Source: Balanoglossus misakiensis
Taxonomy: Eukaryota; Animalia; Hemichordata
Assembly (NCBI GenBank): GCA_040954595.2
Contig: CM082585.2
Span: forward strand, 12,016,241 to 12,080,240
Reading direction: 5' to 3'
Length of the DNA stretch: 64,000 nucleotides
Shown here in pieces: positions 48,648 through 63,600 of this stretch. The notes under the pieces are model-generated. The model was given only the letters and a program-made list of their open reading frames with translations, was not told the DNA's origin and did not search any database. Every line of letters starts with the position of its first letter. Position 1 is the first letter of the stretch. The position numbers and the translations under genes are program-made.

Positions 48648-51600
48648 TTTTCAACATTTTCCTGAGCTATAACCCATGGTTTTTTCAAAAAATGACCAAA
48701 TTTTGAAAATTCGCAAAGTCGAAAAATCGTCGATTTTTCGACATTTTCCTGAGCTATAACCCATGGTTTTTTCAAAAAATGACCAAATTTTGAAAATTCG
48801 CAAAGTCGAAAAATCGTCGATTTTTCGACATTTTCCTGAGCTATAACCCATGGTTTTTTCAAAAAATGACCAAATTTTGAAAATTCGCATAGTCGAAAAA
48901 TCGTCGATTTTTCGACATTTTCCTGAGCTATAACCCATGGTTTTTTCAAAAAATGACCAAGTTTTGAAAATTCGCAAAGTCGAAAAATCGCCGATTTTTC
49001 GACATTTTCCTGAGCTATAACCCATGGTTTTTTCAAAAAATGACCAAATTTTGAAAATTCGCAACGTCGAAAAATCGCCGATTTTTCGACATTTTCCTGA
49101 GCTATAACCCATGGTTTTTTCAAAAAATGACCAAGTTTTGAAAATTCGCAAAGTCGAAAAATCGTCGATTTTTCGACATTTTCCTGAGCTATAACCCATG
49201 GTTTTTTCAAAAAATGACCAAATTTTGAAAATTCGCAAAGTCGAAAAATCGCCGATTTTTCGACATTTTCCTGAGCTATAGTGGTTTTTTCAAAAAATGA
49301 CCAAATTTTGAAAATTCGCAAAGTCGAAAAATCGTCGATTTTTCGACATTTTCCTGAGCTATAACCCATGGTTTTTTCAAAAAATGACCAAATTATGAAA
49401 ATTCGCAAAGTCGAAAAATCGTCGATTTTTCGACATTTTCCTGAGCTATAACCCATGTTTTTTTCAAAAAATGACCAAATTTTGAAAATTCGCAAAGTCG
49501 AAAAATCGTCGATTTTTCGACATTTTCCTGAGCTATAACCCATGGTTTTTTTCAAAAAATGACCAAATTATGAAAATTCGCAAAGTCGAAAAATCGTCGA
49601 TTTTTCGACATTTTCCTGAGCTATAACCCATGGTTTTTTCAAAAAATGACCAAATTTTGAAAATTCGCAAAGTCGAAAAATCGTCGATTTTTCGACATTT
49701 TCCTGAGCTATAACCCATGGTTTTTTCAAAAAATGACCAAATTTTGAAAATTCGCAAAGTCGAAAAATCGTCGATTTTTCGACATTTTCCTGAGCTATAA
49801 CCCATGGTTTTTTCAAAAAATGACCAAATTTTGAAAATTCGCAAAGTCGAAAAATCGTCGATTTTTCGACATTTTCCTGAGCTATAACCCATGGTTTTTT
49901 CAAAAAATGACCAAATTTTGAAAATTCGCAAAGTCGAAAAATCGTCGATTTTTCGACATTTTCCTGAGCTATAACCCATGGTTTTTTTCAAAAAATGACC
50001 AAATTTTGAAAATTCGCAAAGTCGAAAAATCGTCGATTTTTCGACATTTTCCTGAGCTATAACCCATGGTTTTTTCAAAAAATGACCAAATTTTGAAAAT
50101 TCGCAAAGTCGAAAAATCGTCGATTTTTCGACATTTTCCTGAGCTATAACCCATGGTTTTTTCAAAAAATGACCAAATTTTGAAAATTCGCAAAGTCGAA
50201 AAATCGTCGATTTTTCGACATTTTCCTGAGCTATAACCCATGGTTTTTTTCAAAAAATGACCAAATTTTGAAAATTCGCAAAGTCGAAAAATCGTCGATT
50301 TTTCGACATTTTCCTGAGCTATAACCCATGGTTTTTTTCAAAAAATGACCAAATTTTGAAAATTCGCAAAGTCGAAAAATCGTCGATTTTTCGACATTTT
50401 CCTGAGCTATAACCCATGGTTTTTTTCAAAAAATGACCAAATTTTGAAAATTCGCAAAGTCGAAAAATCGTCGATTTTTCGACATTTTCCTGAGCTATAA
50501 CCCATGGTTTTTTTCAAAAAATGACCAAATTTTGAAAATTCGCAAAGTCGAAAAATCGTCGATTTTTCGACATTTTCCTGAGCTATAACCCATGGTTTTT
50601 TTCAAAAAATGACCAAATTTTGAAAATTCGCAAAGTCGAAAAATCGTCGATTTTTCGACATTTTCCTGAGCTATAACCCATGGTTTTTTCAAAAAATGAC
50701 CAAATTTTGAAAATTCGCAAAGTCGAAAAATCGTCGATTTTTCGACATTTTCCTGAGCTATAACCCATGGTTTTTTCAAAAAATGACCAAATTTTGAAAA
50801 TTCGCAAAGTCGAAAAATCGTCGATTTTTCGACATTTTCCTAAGCTATAACCCATGGTTTTTTTCAAAAAATGACCAAATTTTGAAAATTCGCAAAGTCG
50901 AAAAATCGTCGATTTTTCGACATTTTCCTGAGCTATAACCCATGGTTTTTTCAAAAAATGACCCAATTTTGAAAATTCGCAAAGTCGAAAAATCGTCGAT
51001 TTTTCGACATTTTCCTGAGCTAACCCATGGTTTTTTCAAAAAATGACCCAATTTTGAAAATTCGCAAAGTCGAAAAATCGTCGATTTTTCGAAATTTTCC
51101 TGAGCTATAACCCATGGTTTTTTTCAAAAAATGACCAAATTTTGAAAATTCGCAAAGTCGAAAAATCGTCGATTTTTCGACATTTTCCTGAGCTATAACC
51201 CATGGTTTTTTCAAAAAATGACCAAATTTTGAAAATTCGCAAAGTCGAAAAATCGTCGATTTTTCGACATTTTCCTGAGCTATAACCCATGGTTTTTTTC
51301 AAAAAATGACCAAATTTTGAAAATTCGCAAAGTCGAAAAATCGTCGATTTTTCGACATTTTCCTGAGCTATAACCCATGGTTTTTTTCAAAAAATGACCA
51401 AATTTTGAAAATTCGCAAAGTCGAAAAATCGTCGATTTTTCGACATTTTCCTGAGCTATAACCCATGGTTTTTTCAAAAAATGACCAAATTTTGAAAATT
51501 CGCAAAGTCGAAAAATCGTCGATTTTTCGACATTTTCCTGAGCTATAACCCATGGTTTTTTTCAAAAAATGACCAAATTTTGAAAATTCGCAAAGTCGAA

Positions 51601-54600
51601 AAATCGTCGATTTTTCGACATTTTCCTGAGCTATAACCCATGGTTTTTTCAAAAAATGACCAAATTTTGAAAATTCGCAAAGTCGAAAAATCGTCGATTT
51701 TTCGACATTTTCCTGAGCTATAACCCATGGTTTTTTTCAAAAAATGACCAAATTTTGAAAATTCGCAAAGTCGAAAAATCGTCGAGTTTTCGACATTTTC
51801 CTGAGCTATAACCCATGGTTTTTTTTCAAAAAATGACCAAATTTTGAAAATTCGCAAAGTCGAAAAATCGTCGATTTTTCGACATTTTCCTGAGCTATAA
51901 CCCATGTTTTTTTTCAAAAAATGACCAAATTTTGAAAATTCGCAAAGTCGAAAAATCGTCGATTTTTCGACATTTTCCTGAGCTATAACCCATGGTTTTT
52001 TTCAAAAAATGACCAAATTTTGAAAATTCGCAAAGTCGAAAAATCGTCGATTTTTCGACATTTTCCTGAGCTATAACCCATGGTTTTTTTCAAAAAATGA
52101 CCAAATTTTGAAAATTCGCAAAGTCGAAAAATCGTCGATTTTTCGACATTTTCCTGAGCTATAACCCATGGTTTTTTTCAAAAAATGACCAAATTTTGAA
52201 AATTCGCAAAGTCGAAAAATCGTCGATTTTTCGACATTTTCCTGAGCTATAACCCATGGTTTTTTCAAAAAATGACCAAATTTTGAAAATTCGCAAAATC
52301 GAAAAATCGTCGAGTTTTCGACATTTTCCTGAGCTATAACCCATGGTTTTTTCAAAAAATGACCAAATTTTGAAAATTCGCAAAGTCGAAAAATCGTCGA
52401 GTTTTCGACATTTTCCTGAGCTATAACCCATGGTTTTTTTCAAAAAATGACCAAATTTTGAAAATTCGCAAAGTCGAAAAATCGTCGAGTTTTCGACATT
52501 TTCCTGAGCTATAACCCATGGTTTTTTTCAAAAAATGACCAAATTTTGAAAATTCGCAAAGTCGAAAAATCGTCGATTTTTCGACATTTTCCTGAGCTAT
52601 AACCCATGGTTTTTTTCAAAAAATGACCAAATTTTGAAAATTCGCAAAGTCGAAAAATCGTCGATTTTTCGACATTTTCCTGAGCTATAACCCATGGTTT
52701 TTTCAAAAAATGACCAAATTTTGAAAATTCGCAAAGTCGAAAAATCGTCGATTTTTCGACATTTTCCTGAGCTATAACCCATGGTTTTTTCAAAAAATGA
52801 CCAAATTTTGAAAATTCGCAAAGTCGAAAAATCGTCGATTTTTCGACATTTTCCTGAGCTATAACCCATGGTTTTTTTCAAAAAATGACCAAATTTTGAA
52901 AATTCGCAAAGTCGAAAAATCGTCGATTTTTCGACATTTTCCTGAGCTATAACCCATGGTTTTTTCAAAAAATGACCAAATTTTGAAAATTCGCAAAGTC
53001 GAAAAATCGTCGATTTTTCGACATTTTCCTGAGCTATAACCCATGGTTTTTTCAAAAAATGACCAAATTTTGAAAATTCGCAAAGTCGAAAAATCGTCGA
53101 TTTTTCGACATTTTCCTGAGCTATAACCCATGGTTTTTTCAAAAAATGACCAAATTTTGAAAATTCGCAAAGTCGAAAAATCGTCGATTTTTCGACATTT
53201 TCCTGAGCTATAACCCATGGTTTTTTCAAAAAATGACCAAATTTTGAAAATTCGCAAAGTCGAAAAATCGTCGATTTTTCGACATTTTCCTGAGCTATAA
53301 CCCATGGTTTTTTTCAAAAAATGACCAAATTTTGAAAATTCGCAAAGTCGAAAAATCGTCGATTTTTCGACATTTTCCTGAGCTATAACCCATGGTTTTT
53401 TTCAAAAAATGACCAAATTTTGAAAATTCGCAAAGTCGAAAAATCGTCGATTTTTCGACATTTTCCTGAGCTATAACCCATGGTTTTTTCAAAAAACGAC
53501 CAAATTTTGAAAATTCGCAAAGTCGAAAAATCGTCGATTTTTCGACATTTTCCTGAGCTATAACCCATGGTTTTTCAAAAAACGACCAAATTTTGAAAAT
53601 TCGCAAAGTCGAAAAATCGTCGATTTTTCGACATTTTCCTGAGCTATAACCCATGGTTTTTTTCAAAAAATGACCAAATTTTGAAAATTCGCAAAGTCGA
53701 AAAATCGTCGATTTTTCGACATTTTCCTGAGCTATAACCCATGGTTTTTTTCAAAAAATGACCAAATTTTGAAAATTCGCAAAGTCGAAAAATCGTCGAT
53801 TTTTCGACATTTTCCTGAGCTATAACCCATGGTTTTTTCAAAAAATGACCAAATTTTGAAAATTCGCAAAGTCGAAAAATCGTCGATTTTTCGACATTTT
53901 CCTGAGCTATAACCCATGGTTTTTTCAAAAAATGACCAAATTTTGAAAATTCGCAAAGTCGAAAAATCGTCGATTTTTCGACATTTTCCTGAGCTATAAC
54001 CCATGGTTTTTTCAAAAAATGACCAAATTTTGAAAATTCGCAAAGTCGAAAAATCGTCGATTTTTCGACATTTTCCTGAGCTATAACCCATGGTTTTTTC
54101 AAAAAATGACCAAATTTTGAAAATTCGCAAAGTCGAAAAATCGTCGATTTTTCGACATTTTCCTGAGCTATAACCCATGGTTTTTTCAAAAAATGACCAA
54201 ATTTTGAAAATTCGCAAAGTCGAAAAATCGTCGATTTTTCGACATTTTCCTGAGCTATAACCCATGGTTTTTTCAAAAAATGACCAAATTTTGAAAATTC
54301 GCAAAGTCGAAAAATCGTCGATTTTTCGACATTTTCCTGAGCTATAACCCATGGTTTTTTCAAAAAATGACCAAATTTTGAAAATTCGCAAAGTCGAAAA
54401 ATCGTCGATTTTTCGACATTTTCCTGAGCTATAACCCATGGTTTTTTTCAAAAAATGACCAAATTTTGAAAATTCGCAAAGTCGAAAAATCGTCGATTTT
54501 TCGACATTTTCCTGAGCTATAACCCATGGTTTTTTCAAAAAATGACCAAATTTTGAAAATTCGCAAAGTCGAAAAATCGTCGATTTTTCGACATTTTCCT

Positions 54601-57600
54601 GAGCTATAACCCATGGTTTTTTTCAAAAAATGACCAAATTTTGAAAATTCGCAAAGTCGAAAAATCGTCGATTTTTCGACATTTTCCTGAGCTATAACCC
54701 ATGGTTTTTTCAAAAAATGACCAAATTTTGAAAATTCGCAAAGTCGAAAAATCGTCGATTTTTCGACATTTTCCTGAGCTATAACCCATGGTTTTTTTCA
54801 AAAAATGACCAAATTTTGAAAATTCGCAAAGTCGAAAAATCGTCGATTTTTCGACATTTTCCTGAGCTATAACCCATGGTTTTTTCAAAAAATGACCAAA
54901 TTTTGAAAATTCGCAAAGTCGAAAAATCGTCGATTTTTCGACATTTTCCTGAGCTATAACCCATGGTTTTTTCAAAAAATGACCAAATTTTGAAAATTCG
55001 CAAAGTCGAAAAATCGTCGATTTTTCGACATTTTCCTGAGCTATAACCCATGGTTTTTTCAAAAAATGACCAAATTTTGAAAATTCGCAAAGTCGAAAAA
55101 TCGTCGATTTTTCGACATTTTCCTGAGCTATAACCCATGGTTTTTTTCAAAAAATGACCAAATTTTGAAAATTCGCAAAGTCGAAAAATCGTCGATTTTT
55201 CGACATTTTCATGAGCTATAACCCATGGTTTTTTCAAAAAATGACCAAATTTTGAAAATTCGCAAAGTCGAAAAATCGTCGATTTTTCGACATTTTCCTG
55301 AGCTATAACCCATGGTTTTTTCAAAAAATGACCAAATTTTGAAAATTCGCAAAGTCGAAAAATCGTCGATTTTTCGACATTTTCCTGAACTATAACCCAT
55401 GGTTTTTTCAAAAAATGACCAAATTTTGAAAATTCGCAAAGTCGAAAAATCGTCGATTTTTCGACATTTTCCTGAGCTATAACCCATGGTTTATTTCAAA
55501 AAATGACCAAATTTTGAAAATTCGCAAAGTCGAAAAATCGTCGATTTTTCGACATTTTCCTGAGCTATAACCCATGGTTTATTTCAAAAAATGACCAAAT
55601 TTTGAAAATTCGCAAAGTCGAAAAATCGTCGATTTTTCGACATTTTCCTGAGCTATAACCCATGGTTTTTTCAAAAAATGACCAAATTTTGAAAATTCGC
55701 AAAGTCGAAAAATCGTCGATTTTTCGACATTTTCCTGAGCTATAACCCATGGTTTTTTCAAAAAATGACCAAATTTTGAAAATTCGCAAAGTCGAAAAAT
55801 CGTCGATTTTTCGACATTTTCCTGAGCTATAACCCATGGTTTTTTTCAAAAAATGACCAAATTTTGAAAATTCGCAAAGTCGAAAAATCGTCGATTTTTC
55901 GACATTTTCATGAGCTATAACCCATGGTTTTTTCAAAAAATGACCAAATTTTGAAAATTCGCAAAGTCGAAAAATCGTCGATTTTTCGACATTTTCCTGA
56001 GCTATAACCCATGGTTTTTTCAAAAAATGACCAAATTTTGAAAATTCGCAAAGTCGAAAAATCGTCGATTTTTCGACATTTTCCTGAGCTATAACCCATG
56101 GTTTTTTCAAAAAATGACCAAATTTTGAAAATTCGCAAAGTCGAAAAATCGTCGATTTTTCGACATTTTCCTGAGCTATAACCCATGGTTTTTTCAAAAA
56201 ATGACCAAATTTTGAAAATTCGCAAAGTCGAAAAATCGTCGATTTTTCGACATTTTCCTGAGCTATAACCCATGGTTTTTTCAAAAAATGACCAAATTTT
56301 GAAAATTCGCAAAGTCGAAAAATCGTCGATTTTTCGACATTTTCCTGAGCTATAACCCATGGTTTTTTCAAAAAATGACCAAATTTTGGAAAATTCGCAA
56401 AGTCGAAAAATCGTCGATTTTTCGACATTTTCCTGAGCTATAACCCATGGTTTTTTCAAAAAATGACCAAATTTTGAAAATTCGCAAAGTCGAAAAATCG
56501 TCGATTTTTCGACATTTTTCCTGAGCTATAACCCATGGTTTTTTCAAAAAATGACCAAATTTTGAAAATTCGCAAAGTCGAAAAATCGTCGATTTTTCGA
56601 CATTTTCCTGAGCTATAACCCATGGTTTTTTCAAAAAATGACCAAATTTTGAAAATTCGCAAAGTCGAAAAATCGTCGATTTTTCGACATTTTCCTGAGC
56701 TATAACCCATGGTTTTTTCAAAAAATGACCAAATTTTGAAAATTCGCAAAGTCGAAAAATCGTCGATTTTTCGACATTTTCCTGAGCTATAACCCATGGT
56801 TTTTTCAAAAAATGACCAAATTTTGAAAATTCGCAAAGTCGAAAAATCGTCGATTTTTCGACATTTTCCTGAGCTATAACCCATGGTTTTTTCAAAAAAT
56901 GACCAAATTTTGAAAATTCGCAAAGTCGAAAAATCGTCGATTTTTCGACATTTTCCTGAGCTATAACCCATGGTTTTTTCAAAAAATGACCAAATTTTGA
57001 AAATTCGCAAAGTCGAAAAATCGTCGATTTTTCGACATTTTCCTGAGCTATAACCCATGGTTTTTTTCAAAAAATGACCAAATTTTGAAAATTCGCAAAG
57101 TCGAAAAATCGTCGATTTTTCGACATTTTCCTGAGCTATAACCCATGGTTTTTTCAAAAAATGACCAAATTTTGAAAATTCGCAAAGTCGAAAAATCGTC
57201 GATTTTTCGACATTTTCCTGAGCTATAACCCATGGTTTTTTCAAAAAATGACCAAATTTTGAAAATTCGCAAAGTCGAAAAATCGTCGATTTTTCGACAT
57301 TTTCCTGAGCTATAACCCATGGTTTTTTCAAAAAATGACCAAATTTTGAAAATTCGCAAAGTCGAAAAATCGTCGATTTTTCGACATTTTCCTGAGCTAT
57401 AACCCATGGTTTTTTCAAAAAATGACCAAATTTTGAAAATTCGCAAAGTCGAAAAATCGTCGATTTTTCGACATTTTCCTGAGCTATAACCCATGGTTTT
57501 TTCAAAAAATGACCAAATTTTGAAAATTCGCAAAGTCGAAAATCGTCGATTTTTCGACATTTTCCTGAGCTATAACCCATGGTTTTTTCAAAAAATGACC

Positions 57601-60600
57601 AAATTTTGAAAATTCGCAAAGTCGAAAAATCGTCGATTTTTCGACATTTTCCTGAGCTATAACCCATGGTTTTTTCAAAAAATGACCAAATTTTGAAAAT
57701 TCGCAAAGTCGAAAAATCGTCGATTTTTCGACATTTTCCTGAGCTATAACCCATGGTTTTTTCAAAAAATGACCAAATTTTGAAAATTCGCAAAGTCGAA
57801 AAATCGTCGATTTTTCGACATTTTCCTGAGCTATAACCCATGGTTTTTTTCAAAAAATGACCAAATTTTGAAAATTCGCAAAGTCGAAAAATCGTCGATT
57901 TTTCGACATTTTCCTGAGCTATAACCCATGGTTTTTTCAAAAAATGACCAAATTTTGAAAATTCGCAAAGTCGAAAAATCGTCGATTTTTCGACATTTTC
58001 CTGAGCTATAACCCATGGTTTTTTCAAAAAATGACCAAATTTTGAAAATTCGCAAAGTCGAAAAATCGTCGATTTTTCGACATTTTCCTGAGCTATAACC
58101 CATGGTTTTTTCAAAAAATGACCAAATTTTGAAAATTCGCAAAGTCGAAAAATCGTCGATTTTTCGACATTTTCCTGAGCTATAACCCATGGTTTTTTCA
58201 AAAAATGACCAAATTTTGAAAATTCGCAAAGTCGAAAAATCGTCGATTTTTCGACATTTTCCTGAGCTATAACCCATGGTTTTTTCAAAAAATGACCAAA
58301 TTTTGAAAATTCGCAAAGTCGAAAAATCGTCGATTTTTCGACATTTTCCTGAGCTATAACCCATGGTTTTTTCAAAAAATGACCAAATTTTGAAAATTCG
58401 CAAAGTCGAAAAATCGTCGATTTTTCGACATTTTCCTGAGCTATAACCCATGGTTTTTTCAAAAAATGACCAAATTTTGAAAATTCGCAAAGTCGAAAAA
58501 TCGTCGATTTTTCGACATTTTCCTGAGCTATAACCCATGGTTTTTTTCAAAAAATGACCAAATTTTGAAAATTCGCAAAGTCGAAAAATCGTCGATTTTT
58601 CGACATTTTCCTGAGCTATAACCCATGGTTTTTTTCAAAAAATGACCAAATTTTGAAAATTCGCAAAGTCGAAAAATCGTCGATTTTTCGACATTTTCCT
58701 GAGCTATAACCCATGGTTTTTTCAAAAATGACCAAATTTTGAAAATTCGCAAAGTCGAAAAATCGTCGATTTTTCGACATTTTCCTGAGCTATAACCCAT
58801 GGTTTTTCAAAAAATGACCAAATTTTGAAAATTCGCAAAGTCGAAAAATCGTCGATTTTTCGACATTTTCCTGAGCTATAACCCATGGTTTTTTCAAAAA
58901 ATGACCAAATTTTGAAAAATTCGCAAAGTCGAAAAATCGTCGATTTTTCGACATTTTCCTGAGCTATAACCCATGGTTTTTTCAAAAAATGACCAAATTT
59001 TGAAAATTCGCAAAGTCGAAAAATCGTCGATTTTGTGCAAAATGACCAAATTTTGAAATTCGCAAAGTCGAAAAATCGTCGATTTTTCGACATTTTCCTG
59101 AGCTATAACCCATGGTTTTTCAAAAAATGACCAAAATTTTGAAAATTCGCAAAGTCGAAAAATCGTCGATTTTTCGACATTTTCCTGAGCTATAACCCAT
59201 GGTTTTTTCAAAAAATGACCAAATTTTGAAAATTCGCAAAGTCGAAAAATCGTCGATTTTCGACATTTTCCTGAGCTATAACCCATGGTTTTTTCAAAAA
59301 ATGACCAAATTTTGAAAATTCGCAAAGTCGAAAAATCGTCGATTTTTCGACATTTTCCTGAGCTATAACCCATGGTTTTTTCAAAAAATGACCAAATTTT
59401 GAAAATTCGCAAAGTCGTCGATTTTCGACATTTCTGAGCTATAACCCATGGTTTTTCAAAAAATGACCAAATTTTGAAAATTCGCAAAGTCGAAAAATCG
59501 TCGATTTTTCGACATTTTCCTGGCTATAACCCATGGTTTTATTCAAAAAATGACCAAATTATGAAAATTTGCAAAGGTCGAAAAATCGTCGATTTTTCGA
59601 ACATTATCCTGAGCTATAACCTCATGGTTTTTTCAAAAAGTGACCTTTTGAAAATTCGCAAAGTCGAAAAATCGTCGATTTTTCGACATTTTCCTGAGCT
59701 ATAACCCATGGTTTTTTCAAAAAATGACCAAATTTTGAAAATTCGCAAAGTCGAAAAATCGTCGATTTTTCGACATTTTCCTGAGCTATAACCCATGGTT
59801 TTTTCAAAAAATGACCAAATTTTGAAAATTCGCAAAGTCGAAAAATCGTCGATTTTTCGACATTTTCCTGAGCTATAACCCATGGTTTTTTCAAAAAATG
59901 ACCAAATTTTGAAAATTCGCAAAGTCGAAAAATCGTCGATTTTTCGACATTTTCCTGAGCTATAACCCATGGTTTTTTCAAAAAATGACCAAATTTTGAA
60001 AATTCGCAAAGTCGAAAAATCGTCGATTTTTCGACATTTTCCTGAGCTATAACCCATGGTTTTTTCAAAAAATGACCAAATTTTGAAAATTCGCAAAGTC
60101 GAAAAATCGTCGATTTTTCGACATTTTCCTGAGCTATAACCCATGGTTTTTTCAAAAAATGACCAAATTTTGAAAATTCGCAAAGTCGAAAAATCGTCGA
60201 TTTTTCGACATTTTCCTGAGCTATAACCCATGGTTTTTTCAAAAAATGACCAAATTTTGAAAATTCGCAAAGTCGAAAAATCGTCGATTTTTCGACATTT
60301 TCCTGAGCTATAACCCATGGTTTTTTCAAAAAATGACCAAATTTTGAAAATTCGCAAAGTCGAAAAATCGTCGATTTTTCGACATTTTCCTGAGCTATAA
60401 CCCATGGTTTTTTCAAAAAATGACCAAATTTTGAAAATTCGCAAAGTCGAAAAATCGTCGATTTTTCGACATTTTCCTGAGCTATAACCCATGGTTTTTT
60501 CAAAAAATGACCAAATTTTGAAAATTCGCAAAGTCGAAAAATCGTCGATTTTTCGACATTTTCCTGAGCTATAACCCATGGTTTTTTCAAAAAATGACCA

Positions 60601-63600
60601 AATTTTGAAAATTCGCAAAGTCGAAAAATCGTCGATTTTCGACATTTTCCTGAGCTATAACCCATGGTTTTTTCAAAATATGACCAAATTTTGAAAATTC
60701 GCAAAGTCGAAAAATCGTCGATTTTTCGACATTTTCCTGAGCTATAACCCATGGTTTTTTCAAAAAATGACCAAATTTTGAAAATTCGCAAAGTCGAAAA
60801 ATCGTCGATTTTTCGACATTTTCCTGAGCTATAACCCATGGTTTTTTCAAAAAATGACCAAATTTTGAAAATTCGCAAAGTCGAAAAATCGTCGATTTTT
60901 CGACATTTTCCTGAGCTATAACCCATGGTTTTTTTCAAAAAATGACCAAATTTTGAAAATTCGCAAAGTCGAAAAATCGTCGATTTTTCGACATTTTCCT
61001 GAGCTATAACCCATGGTTTTTTTCAAAAAATGACCAAATTTTGAAAATTCGCAAAGTCGAAAAATCGTCGATTTTCGACATTTTCCTGAGCTATAACCCA
61101 TGGTTTTTTTCAAAAAATGACCAAATTTTGAAAATTCGCAAAGTCGAAAAATCGTCGATTTTTCGACATTTTCCTGAGCTATAACCCATGGTTTTTTCAA
61201 AAAATGACCAAATTTTGAAAATTCGCAAAGTCGAAAAATCGTCGATTTTTCGACATTTTCCTGAGCTATAACCCATGGTTTTTTCAAAAATGACCAAATT
61301 TTGAAAATTCGCAAAGTCGAAAAATCGTCGATTTTTCGACATTTTCCTGAGCTATAACCCATGGTTTTTTCAAAAAATGACCAAATTTTGAAAATTCGCA
61401 AAGTCGAAAAATCGTCGATTTTTCGACATTTTCCTGAGCTATAACCCATGGTTTTTTCAAAAAATGACCAAATTTTGAAAATTCGCAAAGTCGAAAAATC
61501 GTCGATTTTTCGACATTTTCCTGAGCTATAACCCATGGTTTTTTTCAAAAAATGACCAAATTTTGAAAATTCGCAAAGTCGAAAAATCGTCGATTTTTCG
61601 ACATTTTCCTGAGCTATAACCCATGGTTTTTTCAAAAAATGACCAAATTTTGAAAATTCGCAAAGTCGAAAAATCGTCGATTTTTCGACATTTTCCTGAG
61701 CTATAACCCATGGTTTTTTCAAAAAATGACCAAATTTTGAAAATTCGCAAAGTCGAAAAATCGTCGATTTTTCGACATTTTCCTGAGCTATAACCCATGG
61801 TTTTTTTCAAAAAATGACCAAATTTTGAAAATTCGCAAAGTCGAAAAATCGTCGATTTTTCGACATTTTCCTGAGCTATAACCCATGGTTTTTTTCAAAA
61901 AATGACCAAATTTTGAAAATTCGCAAAGTCGAAAAATCGTCGATTTTTCGACATTTTCCTGAGCTATAACCCATGGTTTTTTCAAAAAATGACCAAATTT
62001 TGAAAATTCGCAAAGTCGAAAAATCGTCGATTTTTCGACATTTTCCTGAGCTATAACCCATGGTTTTTTCAAAAAATGACCAAATTTTGAAAATTCGCAA
62101 AGTCGAAAAATCGTCGATTTTTCGACATTTTCCTGAGCTATAACCCATGGTTTTTTCAAAAAATGACCAAATTTGAAAATTCGCAAAGTCGAAAAATCGT
62201 CGATTTTTCGACATTTTCCTGAGCTATAACCCATGGTTTTTTCAAAAAATGACCAAATTTGAAAATTCGCAAAGTCGAAAAATCGTCGATTTTTCGACAT
62301 TTTCCTGAGCTATAACCCATGGTTTTTTCAAAAAATGACCAAATTTTGAAAATTCGCAAAGTCGAAAAATCGTCGATTTTTCGACATTTTCCTGAGCTAT
62401 AACCCATGGTTTTTTCAAAAAATGACCAAATTTTGAAAATTCGCAAAGTCGAAAAATCGTCGATTTTTCGACATTTCCTGAGCTATAACCCATGGTTTTT
62501 TTCAAAAAATGACCAAATTTTGAAAATTCGCAAAGTCGAAAAATCGTCGATTTTTCGACATTTTCCTGAGCTATAACCCATGGTTTTTTTCAAAAAATGA
62601 CCAAATTTTGAAAATTCGCAAAGTCGAAAAATCGTCGATTTTTCGACATTTTCCTGAGCTATAACCCATGGTTTTTTTCAAAAAATGACCAAATTTTGAA
62701 AATTCGCAAAGTCGAAAAATCGTCGATTTTTCGACATTTTCCTGAGCTATAACCCATGGTTTTTTTCAAAAAATGACCAAATTTTGAAAATTCGCAAAGT
62801 CGAAAAATCGTCGATTTTTCGACATTTTCCTGAGCTATAACCCATGTTTTTTCAAAAAATGACCAAATTTTGAAAATTCGCAAAGTCGAAAAATCGTCGA
62901 TTTTTCGACATTTTCCTGAGCTATAACCCATGGTTTTTTTCAAAAAATGACCAAATTTTGAAAATTCGCAAAGTCGAAAAATCGTCGATTTTTCGACATT
63001 TTCCTGAGCTATAACCCATGGTTTTTTCAAAAATGACCAAATTTTGAAAATTCGCAAAGTCGAAAAATCGTCGATTTTTCGACATTTTCCTGAGCTATAA
63101 CCCATGGTTTTTTCAAAAAATGACCAAATTTTGAAAATTCGCAAAGTCGAAAAATCGTCGATTTTTCGACATTTTCCTGAGCTATAACCCATGGTTTTTC
63201 AAAAATGACCAAATTTTGAAAATTCGCAAAGTCGAAAAATCGTCGATTTTTCGACATTTTCCTGAGCTATAACCATGGTTTTTTCAAAAAATGACCAAAT
63301 TTTGAAAATTCGCAAAGTCGAAAAATCGTCGATTTTTCGACATTTTCCTGAGCTATAACCCATGGTTTTTTCAAAAAATGACCAAATTTTGAAAATTCGC
63401 AAAGTCGAAAAATCGTCGATTTTTCGACATTTTCCTGAGCTATAACCCATGGTTTTTTCAAAAAATGACCAAATTTTGAAAATTCGCAAAGTCGAAAAAT
63501 CGTCGATTTTTCGACATTTTCCTGAGCTATAACCCATGGTTTTTTCAAAAAATGACCAAATTTTGAAAATTCGCAAAGTCGAAAAATCGTCGATTTTTCG

